Source of the DNA: Octopus vulgaris
Lineage: Eukaryota
Length of the DNA stretch: 64,000 nt
Assembly (NCBI GenBank): GCA_951406725.2
Contig: OX597832.1
Span: 9,920,001-9,984,000 of the forward strand
Direction of reading: 5' to 3'
The notes under the pieces were generated by a model. That model made no database searches. It worked only from the letters and a program-made list of their open reading frames with translations, and was not told the origin of the DNA. The translations under genes were made by a program, and so were the position numbers. Positions 1 through 12,931 of this stretch are shown here, piece after piece. The first letter of the stretch is position 1, and each line of letters starts with the position of its first letter.

Positions 1-76
1 ATTGTGTTTACGTCCCCGTAACTTAGATGCTCAGCTAAAGATATCGATAACATACGTACTAGTCTTATAAATAAAT
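1..76 (+). mobile_element. 3-prime body fragment of a tRNA-derived SINE (same family as 16620-17090)
   Basis: GTTTACGTCCCCGTAACTTAG matches the reverse complement of CTAGTTTACGGGGACGAAAAC in the 16620-17090 copy. Confidence 0.65.
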
Positions 77-91
77 GAATATACATACGTA

Positions 92-270
<179 letters not shown>

Positions 271-282
271 TTATCTATGTAT

Positions 283-1465
283 GGACAAAATAATAGAAAC
301 ATCTTAAAATTTATTTTCATATGAGGTAGGACCGCCTCTGTCTATGAACTCGTACAACATATTAATTGTTTCCAAATCAATTGTTATCCATTCTTACGCT
401 AAAACAGTTTCCATTTCTGGTAGTGATGACGGTGGAGGGTATCGACTCCTTGCCAGTTTTCCTAAAATGCTCCGTAAATGTTCAACAATATTGAGATCTG
501 GGGACTGTTGTGGCCAGATAAGATGTTCGACTTCACTAGAATATTCATCGTGCCATTCAGTAACAACTTTAGCAGTGTGAGTTGGTGCACAACCATACTG
601 AAAGATTGCGCCTCCCTCCCGTAACAATTCTGAAACCACAGGAGTAATTTGATCATATAATGCTTAGTCTTCACTATTAATTCTGCCATGAAGGGAAACC
701 ATTGCGCCGGATTTCCGAGATTGACCCCAATTCCAAAATCAACACAAATCCTTCTCCATGTTTAAGAGTTGAAAGAAAGCATTCTGGATCAAATGCCTCT
801 TTTGGCTGTCTTCATATGTATACTCGTCTTGTGGTCGGAAATAAGGTACAGGATGAATCGTCCGAGATTATAAAATACTTCCACTGCTCTAGGGTGCAAT
901 TCCGCATCTCAACGCGTTGCAACATTTGCTTTTGAAAGTAGTGGTTTTCTGATTGCAGCTCTCCCGTGAAATCCGGCTTTGTGCAGCTCCCGGCGAACAG
1001 TTCTTGTAGAAACTGGGTTCTCGAGGTGGTCAGTAAGCTCGCAGTAATATTGAGAGCTGTGCGTCTTTAATCCGTTACATCAATTTGCGTAAGATTCCGA
1101 CCTTCCCTATCTGCAAGTTTTTTATTTCCTCCACAGTTTTGTTTCGAGCGGGAGGGTTTTCCTTCTTTCCTAAAGACTGTCAGTACTTTCGAGATACACC
1201 AAACATTTCGGCTATTTTCGTTACGCTACCGCCTGCCATACAAGCACCAGCAATATCAACTCTTTGAAAGACCGTTGGATCTGTTATTTTCATGAATTTT
1301 AATTACTTTTTCTGATAATATCTGAAAAGACACAGCAATTTTAGCAAAGGATATCAAGCAGCACTAATAATAAATCAAAAAACATAAAAATAAACAAGTT
1401 TTTGACGGTGTAAAGATATTTCAAATTTAAGATGTTATGATGCTGGGTGTTTCCATTATATGTGT
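283..1465 (-). mobile_element. Tc1-family DNA transposon, near full length, degenerate transposase
   Basis: Minus-strand motifs in the expected order: N-terminal FQRVDIAGACMAGGSVTKIAEMFGVSR (ATG near 1293), QWKYFIISDDS (first D), LKHGEG, IFQYGCAPTHTAK, WPQQSPDLNIVEHL. Imperfect TIRs: GGACAAAATAATAGAAACATC (283-303) and GGTGTTTCCATTATATGTGT (1446-1465). Confidence 0.9.
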
Positions 1466-1972
1466 ATATATGTATATATTATATACATACATACACATAT
1501 ACATATATGGATATGTGCACATATCCATATATGCACAAAACCATGCACACGCATAAAAATATCTTGCTGTATACATATACAAGACATTTATACCAGACAA
1601 TAGAGATAGCAAGTATACCTTAAATGTAGGAAGGCGGAAGAAAAAGAAACCAAAACACTAAATGTAACAGCTAGCGAAAGAAAGAGGGAAGTAAGGGGGG
1701 GGGAAGAGGGAAGCATTGTTTAAGGTCGCTATCAAAGTAACGAATAGAGAGAGAAAGGAAAAAATGAGAGATCGGTGACGGAATATGTGTAACAAGTGTA
1801 CGCATAAAATAAAATTTCATATATATATATATATATATATATACATAAGTATATATTAACGTATAAGATCTCGTATATAAATATAGGGAAGTCGTTATAC
1901 CTATAGATAATTCGACATATTGCGTTCCATTTTGCACGTAATTACAAATCCACACAAATATAAGTGAATACA

Positions 1973-2028
<56 letters not shown>

Positions 2029-2256
2029 CATGTATGTATGAGTACAAGTATAAATATACACGCTTACTTACACGCTTACACAGACAAACATATACAAATA
2101 CATATGTATGCCTACAATACAGACATCCGCATAAAAAACATATCTAGGTCATAACATATATATGCAAAAATCTTTTTTTAAAATTGCTGAGTATATTATA
2201 ATAAAAATCGGATAAAAGACATGCAAAATGGAACACCATGTATCGAATTATCTATA

Positions 2257-3140
2257 AATATAACGATTAAATGGCTTTGTAAAATGCAATAAAATGGTAT
2301 AAAAATAAAGTAAAATCTTTAACATGAGAATAATATATACATACTAGAGTCGAAGTTTTTATTAAGAAATACGTCGAAATATATACAATATCTTTGCGAT
2401 ACGAAATAAGCATGCATTACAAAATAAAAATCCAACAGTGAGATATCTTCCCCAACGTCCACTTTTATTACCCTAAAAAACCATAAAGCTAATTGTAATA
2501 AAAGCCGGAAATGTAGATTGATCATTCCGGCTAAAACTGAAATATGTACTATTAGCAGATATATTTTAGATCGAATCTTAACTAAGTTAGATAGTGAATT
2601 AAATTTACGGATTTGGAAAAAACGGCAAGTCAATAATAGATTGGTTTAAATGGATTAGGCAATAGCATAACTACAAATTTACGCACTTTGATATTGTTGA
2701 CTAATATAACGATTAAATGTGTTTGTAAAATACAATAAAATGGTATAAAAATAAAATATAATTCTAAACATGATAATAATATATACATATACTAGTTGAA
2801 TGTTTTCTTCAGAAATAGGTCAAAATATATACAATATCTTTGCGATGCAAAATAACCATGCATTGCAAATTAGAAATCCAACAGTGAGATATCTTACCGC
2901 ACACCTCCTTTTATTACCCTAAAAACCATAATGCTAATTTTATTAGAAACCCTAAATGTAGATTTATCAATCCGGCTAAAACTGAAATATGTACAATTGG
3001 CAAATATATTTTAGATCGTATTTTAACTAAGTTAGATAGTGAATTTACGGATTTGGAAAAATAGCAAGTCAGTAATAGATTGGTTTGAATGGATTAGCCA
3101 ATAGCATAACTACAAATTTACGCAGTTTGATATTATTGAA
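2257..3140 (+). repeat. ~445-bp tandem duplication inside the PLE RT remnant
   Basis: 2257-2701 and 2702-3140 align end to end (both start AATATAACGATTAAATG and end TTTGATATT(G/A)TTGA). Confidence 0.95.
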
Positions 3141-3760
3141 TTTTAACCGTCAATATCCAGGCCTCTCCTCCTAAACTAATTAGACTTCGCCTAGCAGTAT
3201 GTCAACATCAATAACTCGGAAATAGATATTATCATACAAGCGAGGAAATCAAGTATTTTTTACGATGGCTCTATCTCGGTCAAAAAGTGTGATGATTGTC
3301 TTTTTGATGTACCGATGGGGACATACGACGGGGCCGAGTTATGTGTGCTCATAGGAACTTATATACTTAATCTAAAGCTAGAATTCCCGTTTATAGACGC
3401 AGTATTTAATATGGGATAACGGTCTTATAGTCACCCATATTTTAAACGGTCATGAATTAGATAAGCTTAGGAAGAATCTAATTGCTTTCTTCCAAAGGAT
3501 GGGCGTACGGATAAAGATAGCTACTAACCTTAAAAGTGTAGATTTCTTAGATGTAAATTTAGATTTACAGTCAACTAAAATCAAATCTTACCGTAAATCT
3601 AATGATAAACTATCTTATAGTAGCAAATAATCCAATCATCTGCCAGTTATTCTTAGGAACTTAGTAATACAGGAAGACGAATATCGTCAATTTCTTCAGA
3701 TGATACAGCATTTCAAGATGCTGCACTTTATTACAACAGCGCATTACGGAATAGTTTCCC
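2257..3760 (+). mobile_element. Degenerate Penelope-like reverse transcriptase remnant
   Basis: Frame-broken PLE RT motifs: FITLKNHK, CRLI(I/N)PAKTEI, IDWF, FDI(V/I)(D/E)F-PSI, FDVPMGTYDGAELC, VDFLDVNLDL, YRKSN, SNHLP. Confidence 0.85.
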
Positions 3761-4278
3761 GAGATGGCCATTCTAAACTTACATAATATTCTGAACGGCT
3801 CCTACTCTCCAACGTGCAAAGTACGCACAAATTAGCACCCCACGCTTCGTGTAATGTATGCAGTCTAGAATAAAAGCGAGGTTCTCATATATCTCTCTTG
3901 AAATGAATGGAACTGAAAGCAAGGTATTTCCAAAGTGCAACGGAACCGCTTTTATGCTGTAAAGGGATACATATATGAATAATCTACACTCATTTGGGTC
4001 ATTGATCAGCTGAAAGGCATTAAATAGCTCTCTGATATAATTACAATAAATCCACTTGCATTCCTAAGTTAAAAATTGCTATAGATCATCAGAACACCGG
4101 CATGGCCACAGTCAAATGAATGAAACAAGTAAAAAAGTAAAAGAGTAGAGTAAGGGTAAGGTTGGCAAATACTTTACAAATATCGCATTAAATTATATCA
4201 AAATACGTTGGTCACTTTTAGAGTTGTCAGTTTCGGCCCAATCCTCTTTGAATTAAACTCTTACGAAACCGTCAGTTT

Positions 4279-4428
4279 ATGGTGCTCTACTTTTCACAAT
4301 TTGCTCCTTCGTCGGAGTAATCTAGTCTAATTTCCTGTGAGCATGATGAAATAATTTTGGAAATGTGTTTTAGTACAACAGCGTGAAAGAATCGATACTG
4401 AAACGGACAAAAATAAAATAAAGCTAAT
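4279..4428. repeat. ~150-bp near-identical direct repeat, copy 1
   Basis: ATGGTGCTCTA...GGACAAAAA recurs at 5879-6028. Confidence 0.95.
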
Positions 4429-5377
4429 ACTTCCACGAGAAACTGGGGGCTCACAGAGGAAAACGGATGTTATATTCCTGATCTACAGACAATATTTCAT
4501 TTCCGTTTTTTATTCATTGTTATACAGTATAATTATAATTTTGATTCGTCGTATTTATACAGAGTTACAAATAGAGAAATATTTATACGTTCTGTGTAAA
4601 AAGAATTTGGAAAGAAGTATAGATGCGCGCTTGGATTTTAATTCTTATATACATGTATATTTGTTTGTGTGTATGTGTTTCTGCGTCCATGTGTTTTTCT
4701 ATTTATGCATAGGTATGTATTCATATACATATACATAAGCATTTGTTAATCGCCTGAATAATATTCTCGCGAATGAAGCTTTTGTTTTGTTTGAGGTCTT
4801 GTAATGTTTTCCATTTGATGCTTACATTTTTAATCTCTATGTTTTGATGCTACGATATTCATTGCCTAACGTATATTCTTCAACATGCAATTGCATATTT
4901 GTTCTCATCTTTGAAATAAATGGCTTGTGATATCTAATACCGACATATAGCTCGCGGCAATCGCATGGAACACAAGGCATATTAGGAAATATAATGCTTA
5001 GTATAGTTTACATGTGGCAGTGAATGATTAGAGAATGGGAATTTTTGCACAACTTATTCAAAAAATATATTAATCTTGGAAATCAAATGGTATTTATATT
5101 CGTGCTAACCTGTCTAATGCTATTAACGTCAATAAGCTAATTAGAAAAATAGAATTGCGTTAATGACAAAACATTTCTATCGTTGATTAGTATCACCTTG
5201 ATAACTGCTCATATCATTTGACTACAAAAGTCTAATCCTGTTTTTTTCTTTCTTTCGCTTATTAGCTATAAATATTACTGTCTCACCATTATTTCTCCAA
5301 CTGCGTAATACACATTTGTTATAAAGATAAGTAAAATACTATTGCTGTAAAAGTCGTATTATTCTTTTATTAGTATA

Positions 5378-5610
5378 TATTTCTTTATTGCCCACAAGGG
5401 GCTAAACATAGAGGGGACAAACAAGGAGTGACAAAGGGATCAAGTCAATTACATCGACTCCCGTGTGCAACTGGTACTTAATTTATCGACCCCGAAAAGG
5501 ATGAAAGGTAAAGTCAACCTCAGCGTAATTTGAACTCAGAACGTAACAGCAGACGGAATACGGCTACACATTTCGTCCGGCGGGCTAACGGTTCTGCCAG
5601 CTCGCCGCCT
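5378..5610 (-). mobile_element. tRNA-derived SINE with Nin/Deu-like central domain, full length
   Basis: Head GGCGGCGAGCTGGCAGAA, B box GAGTTCAAAT, core CCTTTCATCCTTTTCGGGGTCGATAAAT, tail AAAGAAATA. TSD TTATTCTTTTATTA at 5359-5372 and 5612-5625. Confidence 0.9.
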
Positions 5611-5878
5611 TTTATTCTTTTATTAATATAGTGAAATATTTTGCGTTCTCAAAACCTAGCACACACACAAATTCTTTACGTTTACTTTGTTGATTATAGA
5701 TAGCTTCAACCCCAAAACACAGGTCTATGATCAAATTCATTGAGTACTATTTTATGTTGATAAGGATTTGCAAGTATTTCTTATGTCGATATTATTTTCT
5801 TGCAATAGAGACGGCTATTAAATTTCTACCTGCTGCTTCGACTATGTCTGTAAGTATGTAGAAAACAAATCGTGCGGT

Positions 5879-6028
5879 ATGGTGCTCTATTTTCACAATT
5901 TGCTCCTTCGTCGGAGTAATCTAGTCTAATTTCCTGTGAGCATGATGAAATAATTTTGGAAATGTGTTTTTAGTACAACAGCGTGAAAGAATCGATACGA
6001 AAACGGACAAAAAGAAAATAAAACTAAT
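5879..6028. repeat. ~150-bp near-identical direct repeat, copy 2
   Basis: Matches 4279-4428 with few differences. Confidence 0.95.
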
Positions 6029-6251
6029 TTGTCAAATGTATATCATCAAACAAATATGCACATGCATACACATAAACATCTAAAACACATAGACACACAC
6101 ACACACACATACACACACACACATACATTATTACTTATATCAGTGTTGTGTGATTGTTGTTTGTGCGTAATTTGCATCTCGCTATATAAATATTCATATG
6201 TAAATATTAATAAATATTTAGAAAAAGTTATTTAATAAACAACCGAACGTA

Positions 6252-6282
<31 letters not shown>

Positions 6283-6283
<1 letters not shown>

Positions 6284-6477
6284 CAGTCTCCATGATAGAT
6301 CGTTAACCACTACACACATGTTTTTCTCTCCTTGTTTCTCTCCTTGTTTTTTCCTGTGCCCCTTTCTGTAGAAGAGAGTAACTCGAACTTTTTTCTATTC
6401 CTGAGCGTTATACTAATACATCTGTTTGTTTTGTACACCACCTGTCTTCGTCTTTTGTATTCTTCGTAAACTCTCCT
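6283..6477 (+). mobile_element. 3-prime terminal fragment of the PLE family at 39951-42827, flanked by (TA)n
   Basis: CTTTCTGTAGAAGAG..CTCGAA..TTCCTGAGCG..TACTAATACA..CCACCTGTCTTCGTCTTTTG matches the reverse complement of 39951-40150. Confidence 0.8.
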
Positions 6478-6689
6478 ATATATATATATATACATATATA
6501 TAAAATGTAAATTGGAAAGTTTGAAAATGTTCAAATAATTTCATCATGAAATGCATTTTGTAACGGTTAGTACCGTTGTTAGACTTTTCGACTTTTTCAA
6601 CTAAGTGTAACACAAAGTTGGATATTAATCATGATCGCATACAACAAAAATGAAAAGTCTTGTGAATATTTCCATTTTTTTTCTTTCTT

Positions 6690-6727
<38 letters not shown>

Positions 6728-6992
6728 CCTCTTCGCTTGTGAAGGATCTGTAGGTATTAGCAGATCTGAAAATAAAAAGAATATTGTTTATGGGTTCAGA
6801 GAAATAGTTTGATGTTTTAAGCAGCCGCAGCCGAAGTACAGAAGGCCAAGAAAAAAGAGAGGAAAACCTGCAGTGACTGGAATACCATTTATGTTAACTT
6901 GCAGTAACTGGGACAGACTACAACAACTGATAGAAGGATTTTCTGAATTGTGCGAGTAGTATATAATTGACAGGATTTCGTAATCTAATACC

Positions 6993-7222
6993 TATTTCTT
7001 TATTACCCACAAGGGGCTAAACACAGAGGGGACAAACAAGGACAGACATAGGTATTAAGTCGATTACATCGACCGCAGTGCGTAACTGGTACTTAATTTA
7101 TCGACCCCGAAAGGATGAAAGGCAAAGTCGACCTCGGCCGAATTTGAACTCACAACGTAACGCAGACGAAATACCGCAAATCATTTAGCCCGGCGTGCTA
7201 ACGTTTCTGCCAGCTCGCCGCC
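6993..7222 (-). mobile_element. Nin-domain SINE, full length with TSD
   Basis: Same family as 5378-5610. Exact 12-bp TSD TAATCTAATACC at 6981-6992 and 7223-7234. Confidence 0.93.
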
Positions 7223-7884
7223 TAATCTAATACCGATAGACAAAGGTCGTTTATGATCAGTAACTGATTTAAAAATGGAGATACAAAGAACTTATAAACC
7301 AGCATGCTAACATCTTGAAAACTATGCAATCGCATCACTTATGGAATCTAAAAGGCCGGACTGACACACTTAGTAGCTAGTAATGTGCGACACGAGCGGT
7401 AGCCAATGTTATCATATGTATACAATATCACGATTGCCTCTTAACTAACATGACATGATTGGAATAAAATGTGGGAATTTTTGACACCTGCTTGGTTAAG
7501 TTTTCGGAAAAAAAGTAGTTTGGTGGAATCAATTCTGATTCTTATGTCTGCATCACGTGCCCCCAAAGACATTTGATGAAAATGCAGACTGGTTAAAATG
7601 TGGATGCATCAATAAGATTACATTACGTGTTGGCGTGTACGAAACTTAGTTCACCATGCTCGTTAATCTTGTTCAGTTAACAGACAAACGTGCGTATCTA
7701 GAATTATGTAAACCGAAGAATGATGACAAATTAACGAAAGACGCAATCGAGGACGAAAATGTTAATTCTTTACTATTACTCTGATATATGTGCAATTTAT
7801 GATGTGGGCATGGAGTAAGGAAATATATTAACACTTGTGAGTGTGCATGCTCCATAATGAGTTCAGATCGACTATTAACCTCTT

Positions 7885-8975
7885 TCAAATTTCAGGCCTC
7901 GTGCCTATAGTGGAAAGGAACATAATAATGATTATTTCAGGCGGCGAGTTGGCAGAAACGGTAGTGCGCCGGGCGAAATGCTTAGCAGTATTTCGTCTGT
8001 CACTACGTTCTGAGTTCAAATTCCACCGAGGTCGACTTTGCCTTTCATCCTTTCGGGGTCGATTAAATAAGGATCAGTTACGCACTGGGGTCGATGTAAT
8101 CGACTTAATCCGTTTGTCTGTCCTAGTTTGTCCTCTCTGTGTTTAGCCCCTTGTAGGTAGTAAAGAAATAGGCATTTCGCCCGTTTTATGTTTTGAGTTC
8201 ATGTTCCGCTGAAGTCGACTTTGCCTTTCATCCTTTCGGGATCGATGAATTAAGTACCACTGAAAGAAAGGGGTCCATGTAATCGAATAAATCCTCCCCC
8301 ACCAAATTCCTTTAGTAGAAATTATCATTACGATTATTAGGTCTGTGAGCTTGTAGAATTATTATCACGCGAAGCAAAATGCTTATTGGCATTTGATCCG
8401 CCTTTAGTTTCTGGGTTCAAATTTTGCCGAAGTCGACTATGCCTTACACACTCAGCACAAAATTTTCCGGCTTTGTGCTAGAGTGGACATAGTTATTATT
8501 GTTATCTTTATGAACATGGTGAGTTAGCGAAATCATTAGTAATCCCGCGTATGTTACTTAACGGTATTCCGTCCGCCCTTACATTCTGAGTTCAATTTCT
8601 GCCAAGTTCGACTTCGACTCGCATCCTTTCGATGTCGAAAAAAATAAATTCTATCAAGCACTAGAGTAAATGTCATCAACTTTACCCTACACGATAGAAT
8701 TTCAGCATTTGTGCCTCTAATAGAAAGCTTTATTATGGTTTTGTACGTGTAATTGAATCTTTACTGCTGTCGGATAAAATGTTTAACAACTTTTCATTTG
8801 ACCCTTTGCATTTTCAGTTTGAACACCTCGTATGTCAACATTGCATTCTTCACTTTCAGATTTAATAAAATACGTACAAGCAAAGTAGTGGTTTGCATGT
8901 AATCAACTAACACTTGTCCACCCCCCAAAAAAAACCCCACATTTTCTTCTGTCAAAATTTGAAAGAATTATTATG
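7885..8975 (+). mobile_element. Tandem array of Nin-domain SINE monomers (one young copy plus several diverged copies)
   Basis: Young copy at 7940-8170 is fused to a headless monomer starting at 8171. More decayed ~200-bp monomers follow, with repeated B-box/GTCGACT motifs at about 8415, 8590 and 8820. Confidence 0.85.
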
Positions 8976-9133
8976 TTAAGATAGTAGCAGCAATGCCAAC
9001 ACATACTGTCACTTCTGATACCACTCTTGAATTCGATGGAAGAAGATATTGTATAGATTTCTTAATAGAAGAGATCGGATAAAAGATGCTTTCATTGTTC
9101 TTTTGAAACACTACAATGTTCCCGTACACACGC

Positions 9134-9181
<48 letters not shown>

Positions 9182-9691
9182 ATATGTGCGTGCATGTGTG
9201 TGTGTGTGTGTGTGTGCATGTGTTTGTGTGTGTGTGTGTGTGTGTGTGCATGTGTTTGTGTGTGTGTGCATCGTTCTATCTTATACTTTGCTCTTTAAGT
9301 TTCCTACCCCTGCAATTAATTCGTTAACTAGCATGTTTAATCAAAATATCGACCATGGAGGAGAAATTTATTCTCACATTTCCAGGTTTTTTTTCTTTAT
9401 ATATTATGACACACAGACTGTTCAGAATACTAACAGATCCGTATTGAAAAGAAACTGTCATACACAAGCACACACCGATATATTCACTTCGGCAAATATG
9501 CACACTTCTTTAACAAGCAGTAATTACTAAGTATTGAACCAGAAAGAGGATATAATTAACTATACAATTAATTGACTTTGATATCATTATATACAGGGGT
9601 ATTGTGTTTTACTTTATTTTTTACTACACGATAAGCTTAGAGTGCGAATTACTTTCTTTGATTAACTGGCTATCGTTCTTAGAAATGGCTA

Positions 9692-9724
<33 letters not shown>

Positions 9725-10769
9725 TTATATGTGTGTGTGTGTGTGTGTATGTGTGTGCATGTGTTATTAGAAATCTTCTACTTATAATGCATACACAGGC
9801 ATACACAAGCAGACAAGCACACACACATTTATAGATATATATATACACGTACGCACGCACATACACACGTATAAACATATATATATGTGTGTGTTTGTGT
9901 GTGTATAGGCAACTGCGCTTGTGAGTGCATGTGTGAGTTGCTGTGTTTGTTGATGTGTGTGTTGTTGTTGTTGTGTGTGTGTGGTAATAGAGGCGTGCGT
10001 GCGATTTGCTGTGGTTAAATCGACCTACACAATTAAGTTGATTAAGTCACCTTAGCTGCTAAAAAGCCGTAACGGAACTAATTTCGCAATAATTTTTTTT
10101 CTTTTTTTATTATTATATTCTTTCATTCATTCTAGATGATAATACGTTTTGCAATGTCCTTCAGAATATTCTAGAAGCAAAGAAATGACAAAAGAGGCAA
10201 GTAATTGTTCGCTTATTAGCTATAAGTATTTATATTCTTTTACATTGTAATATCACCATTTTAAATAATATTGTTTAAATAATATTCTTCTTCTTTCTTT
10301 TTGTTGCTATTTCTTATTTTATTCTGATGATCATTATCATTGTCACCAGCATGCATATTATCACAATCATCGCTATATTAATTACGAATATGGCTAGTGG
10401 AGGTAATTTGCACAAATATGTGATGCAATATTGATCTCTAATTTTCGATCACTTACGTATGATTTTATATGCAAGGGGTTTGACAAGGTTAAGGAATCGG
10501 AGAAATTAAATAAATGCATAAATCATTATATGAATAAAATATAAACTATTGACCTGTGTTATTCAGGTTGTGCTTTATGTCATAGAGTATAATGAACCGG
10601 TCGCCACATCAAGTTGTACATCCCGATTTACCAATGATATTTCTGTATTAACAGAATATTCTAGATAGTAAAGCGATTCTTAATGAAAGGGTAGCGGAAG
10701 TAGATATAGAAGAGAGAGAAAGTGAGACAAGTAAATAAAGAAAGAACGGTATATATATATATATATATA

Positions 10770-10959
10770 TATATTATATTAAATTAGAGACAAAACCACT
10801 ATTATGCAAATCAAACAAAGAAAGACTTAATCCAATACATAAATTAATTTATATCATTTAGAAATTTCTAAATAATATAAATTAATTTATGTATTGGATT
10901 AAGTCTTTCTTTGTTTGATTTGCATAATAGTGGTTTTGTCTCTAATTTAATATAATATA
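10770..10959. repeat. Spacer-less palindrome with 95-bp arms
   Basis: 10770-10864 is the reverse complement of 10865-10959, with a single mismatch (10855/10874). Confidence 0.97.
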
Positions 10960-11037
10960 ATATTTTACTATAAAATTGGATTCAATCCTAAATCTGATTT
11001 TTCCCTGTAAGTTTGGATTTATTCCCTAATATTTATC

Positions 11038-11098
<61 letters not shown>

Positions 11099-11125
11099 CA
11101 CACACACATATATATATATACACAC

Positions 11126-11200
<75 letters not shown>

Positions 11201-11574
11201 TGAGAGAGGGAGAGTGAGGACGGTACATAATGAGAAACAAACAAACGGACAGAGAGACAGTAACGAGATAAATGTGAAAACGATCTCCTGCCTTTAGGAG
11301 CCTGAAGGAACCAGAAAGTAAAACATTAACGAAATGCTGTTCATCAAATGAGACAGGTGTACTGACAAATAACATAAAGAAATCCCACAAATTATGCAAA
11401 TTACATTAATAAATCTGCGTTCAAACTGAAATGCAAATTGCCTCGTGGAGTGTGTCAAAACCTGGAGGCGTGTGTCTTTATACATTCCTATTTACTTATG
11501 TGTGTATGTATGTATATATGCATGTACGGATGTTTATATTTACGTATATATGTGCGTATCTAGCTATTTGTGAA

Positions 11575-11657
11575 TATATCTATTTATCTACCTATCTATC
11601 TCTCTATCTCTCTCTATATCTATCTATCTATCTACCTATCTATATATCTATCTATCA

Positions 11658-11710
<53 letters not shown>
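11575..11710. repeat. (TATC)n tetranucleotide repeat
   Basis: Direct reading. Similar tracts at 52468-52525 and (GATA)n at 57983-58150. Confidence 0.95.
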
Positions 11711-11711
<1 letters not shown>

Positions 11712-12283
11712 GTTATCTATACAATTATGTATGTATATATGGCATTCAGTTATGGGGTTTTATTTAGAGTGGGCAAGAGCTTTAAGGATTTCAGGACGAA
11801 TTATTAGACAGTATTTTTCACAGGTTTAGTTTGACCCAGGGTTGGAGCAAATGTCAGTGCTTCACCTATCGGTTAACCACATTATACGATGATATTTCCG
11901 CTGAGAACGTAGATGCCGAGTTACAGTTTTCGATGTTTGGGGGTGAATAGCCGGTAAGATTACGAGCGCACACACACATACAAATACACACGTACACACA
12001 CAAAACGCAGGCACACACACGTATATATAAGCGAAAAGGTGGCTATATGCAATACGAAACCGAACGGGAAAACTTCAATTGCCACTAATTTCTACTGACA
12101 TTGCAGATTAGAACCGACATTGCTACAAATGAGAGTTAAAAACAATTACCCGCAAGGAAGAGAGGCCCTTAAATGACAGGGAAGATAAGCACCCCCAAAG
12201 CGTGGTTGAGTGAGATATCTATGCTACTCTAGTTTTGCTTAGGATTACTAAAGCCCACCAATAGTGACTGTTCCATCGCTGGA

Positions 12284-12353
<70 letters not shown>

Positions 12354-12381
12354 ATATAATAATAATAATAATAATAATAAT

Positions 12382-12931
12382 AAATGCAGTACCAGGCAGT
12401 GGCTCTCATGGCTTCTGATCTTAACTGATTGGAAGTGTTATCATGTACATTGTTTTGTCTTGGTATAAAAGACGGGCTACAGCAAATATTCTGCTCAATA
12501 CCACAGATTTGCTTGTCAGTTGTTTGACCTTAACCAGTTGAGCATGTCCCTTGGTGGCTGATGATATGTGCATTTCTGATCACGAGCAGAAGTAGTGGGG
12601 GAGCACTATAGCCATGTGTTGAGAGGGATTCTTTGGGGTTTGAATAGTTCACCTCTGGAAACATGGGTGGTTCTTTCAACATCTTTAAACAACCCTTATT
12701 CAGGGACCTTTTGAATGGGATGGGTTACTCGACCTGAAGATAATTCTAACTGGGCCCCACCTGCAAGGTCATGCGCTGATTATCTTGATATGAGATCACC
12801 ATGTCGCGCACATATGGTTGTAATGCATGTGCCTGGTGTACCCTTATCAGACGGGTAGTCATGATGGGTATATTGGGCTTCGTATATTTAACCCCAGTGT
12901 CACTTTGATGGCATGAACTGCTCTCTCAGAC
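12382..12931 (+). mobile_element. ~550-bp interspersed repeat inserted in an (AAT)n tract; probable 5-prime-truncated non-LTR 3-prime UTR
   Basis: Non-coding block more GC-rich than its flanks, bounded by (AAT)n at 12357-12382 and 12932-12941. Family and strand are inferred. Confidence 0.55.

Noticed and set aside
7885-8975. Regularly spaced repeats suggestive of a CRISPR array
   Set aside because: Units are ~200-bp SINE monomers with Pol III boxes, with no unique spacers and no cas genes, in a eukaryotic context.
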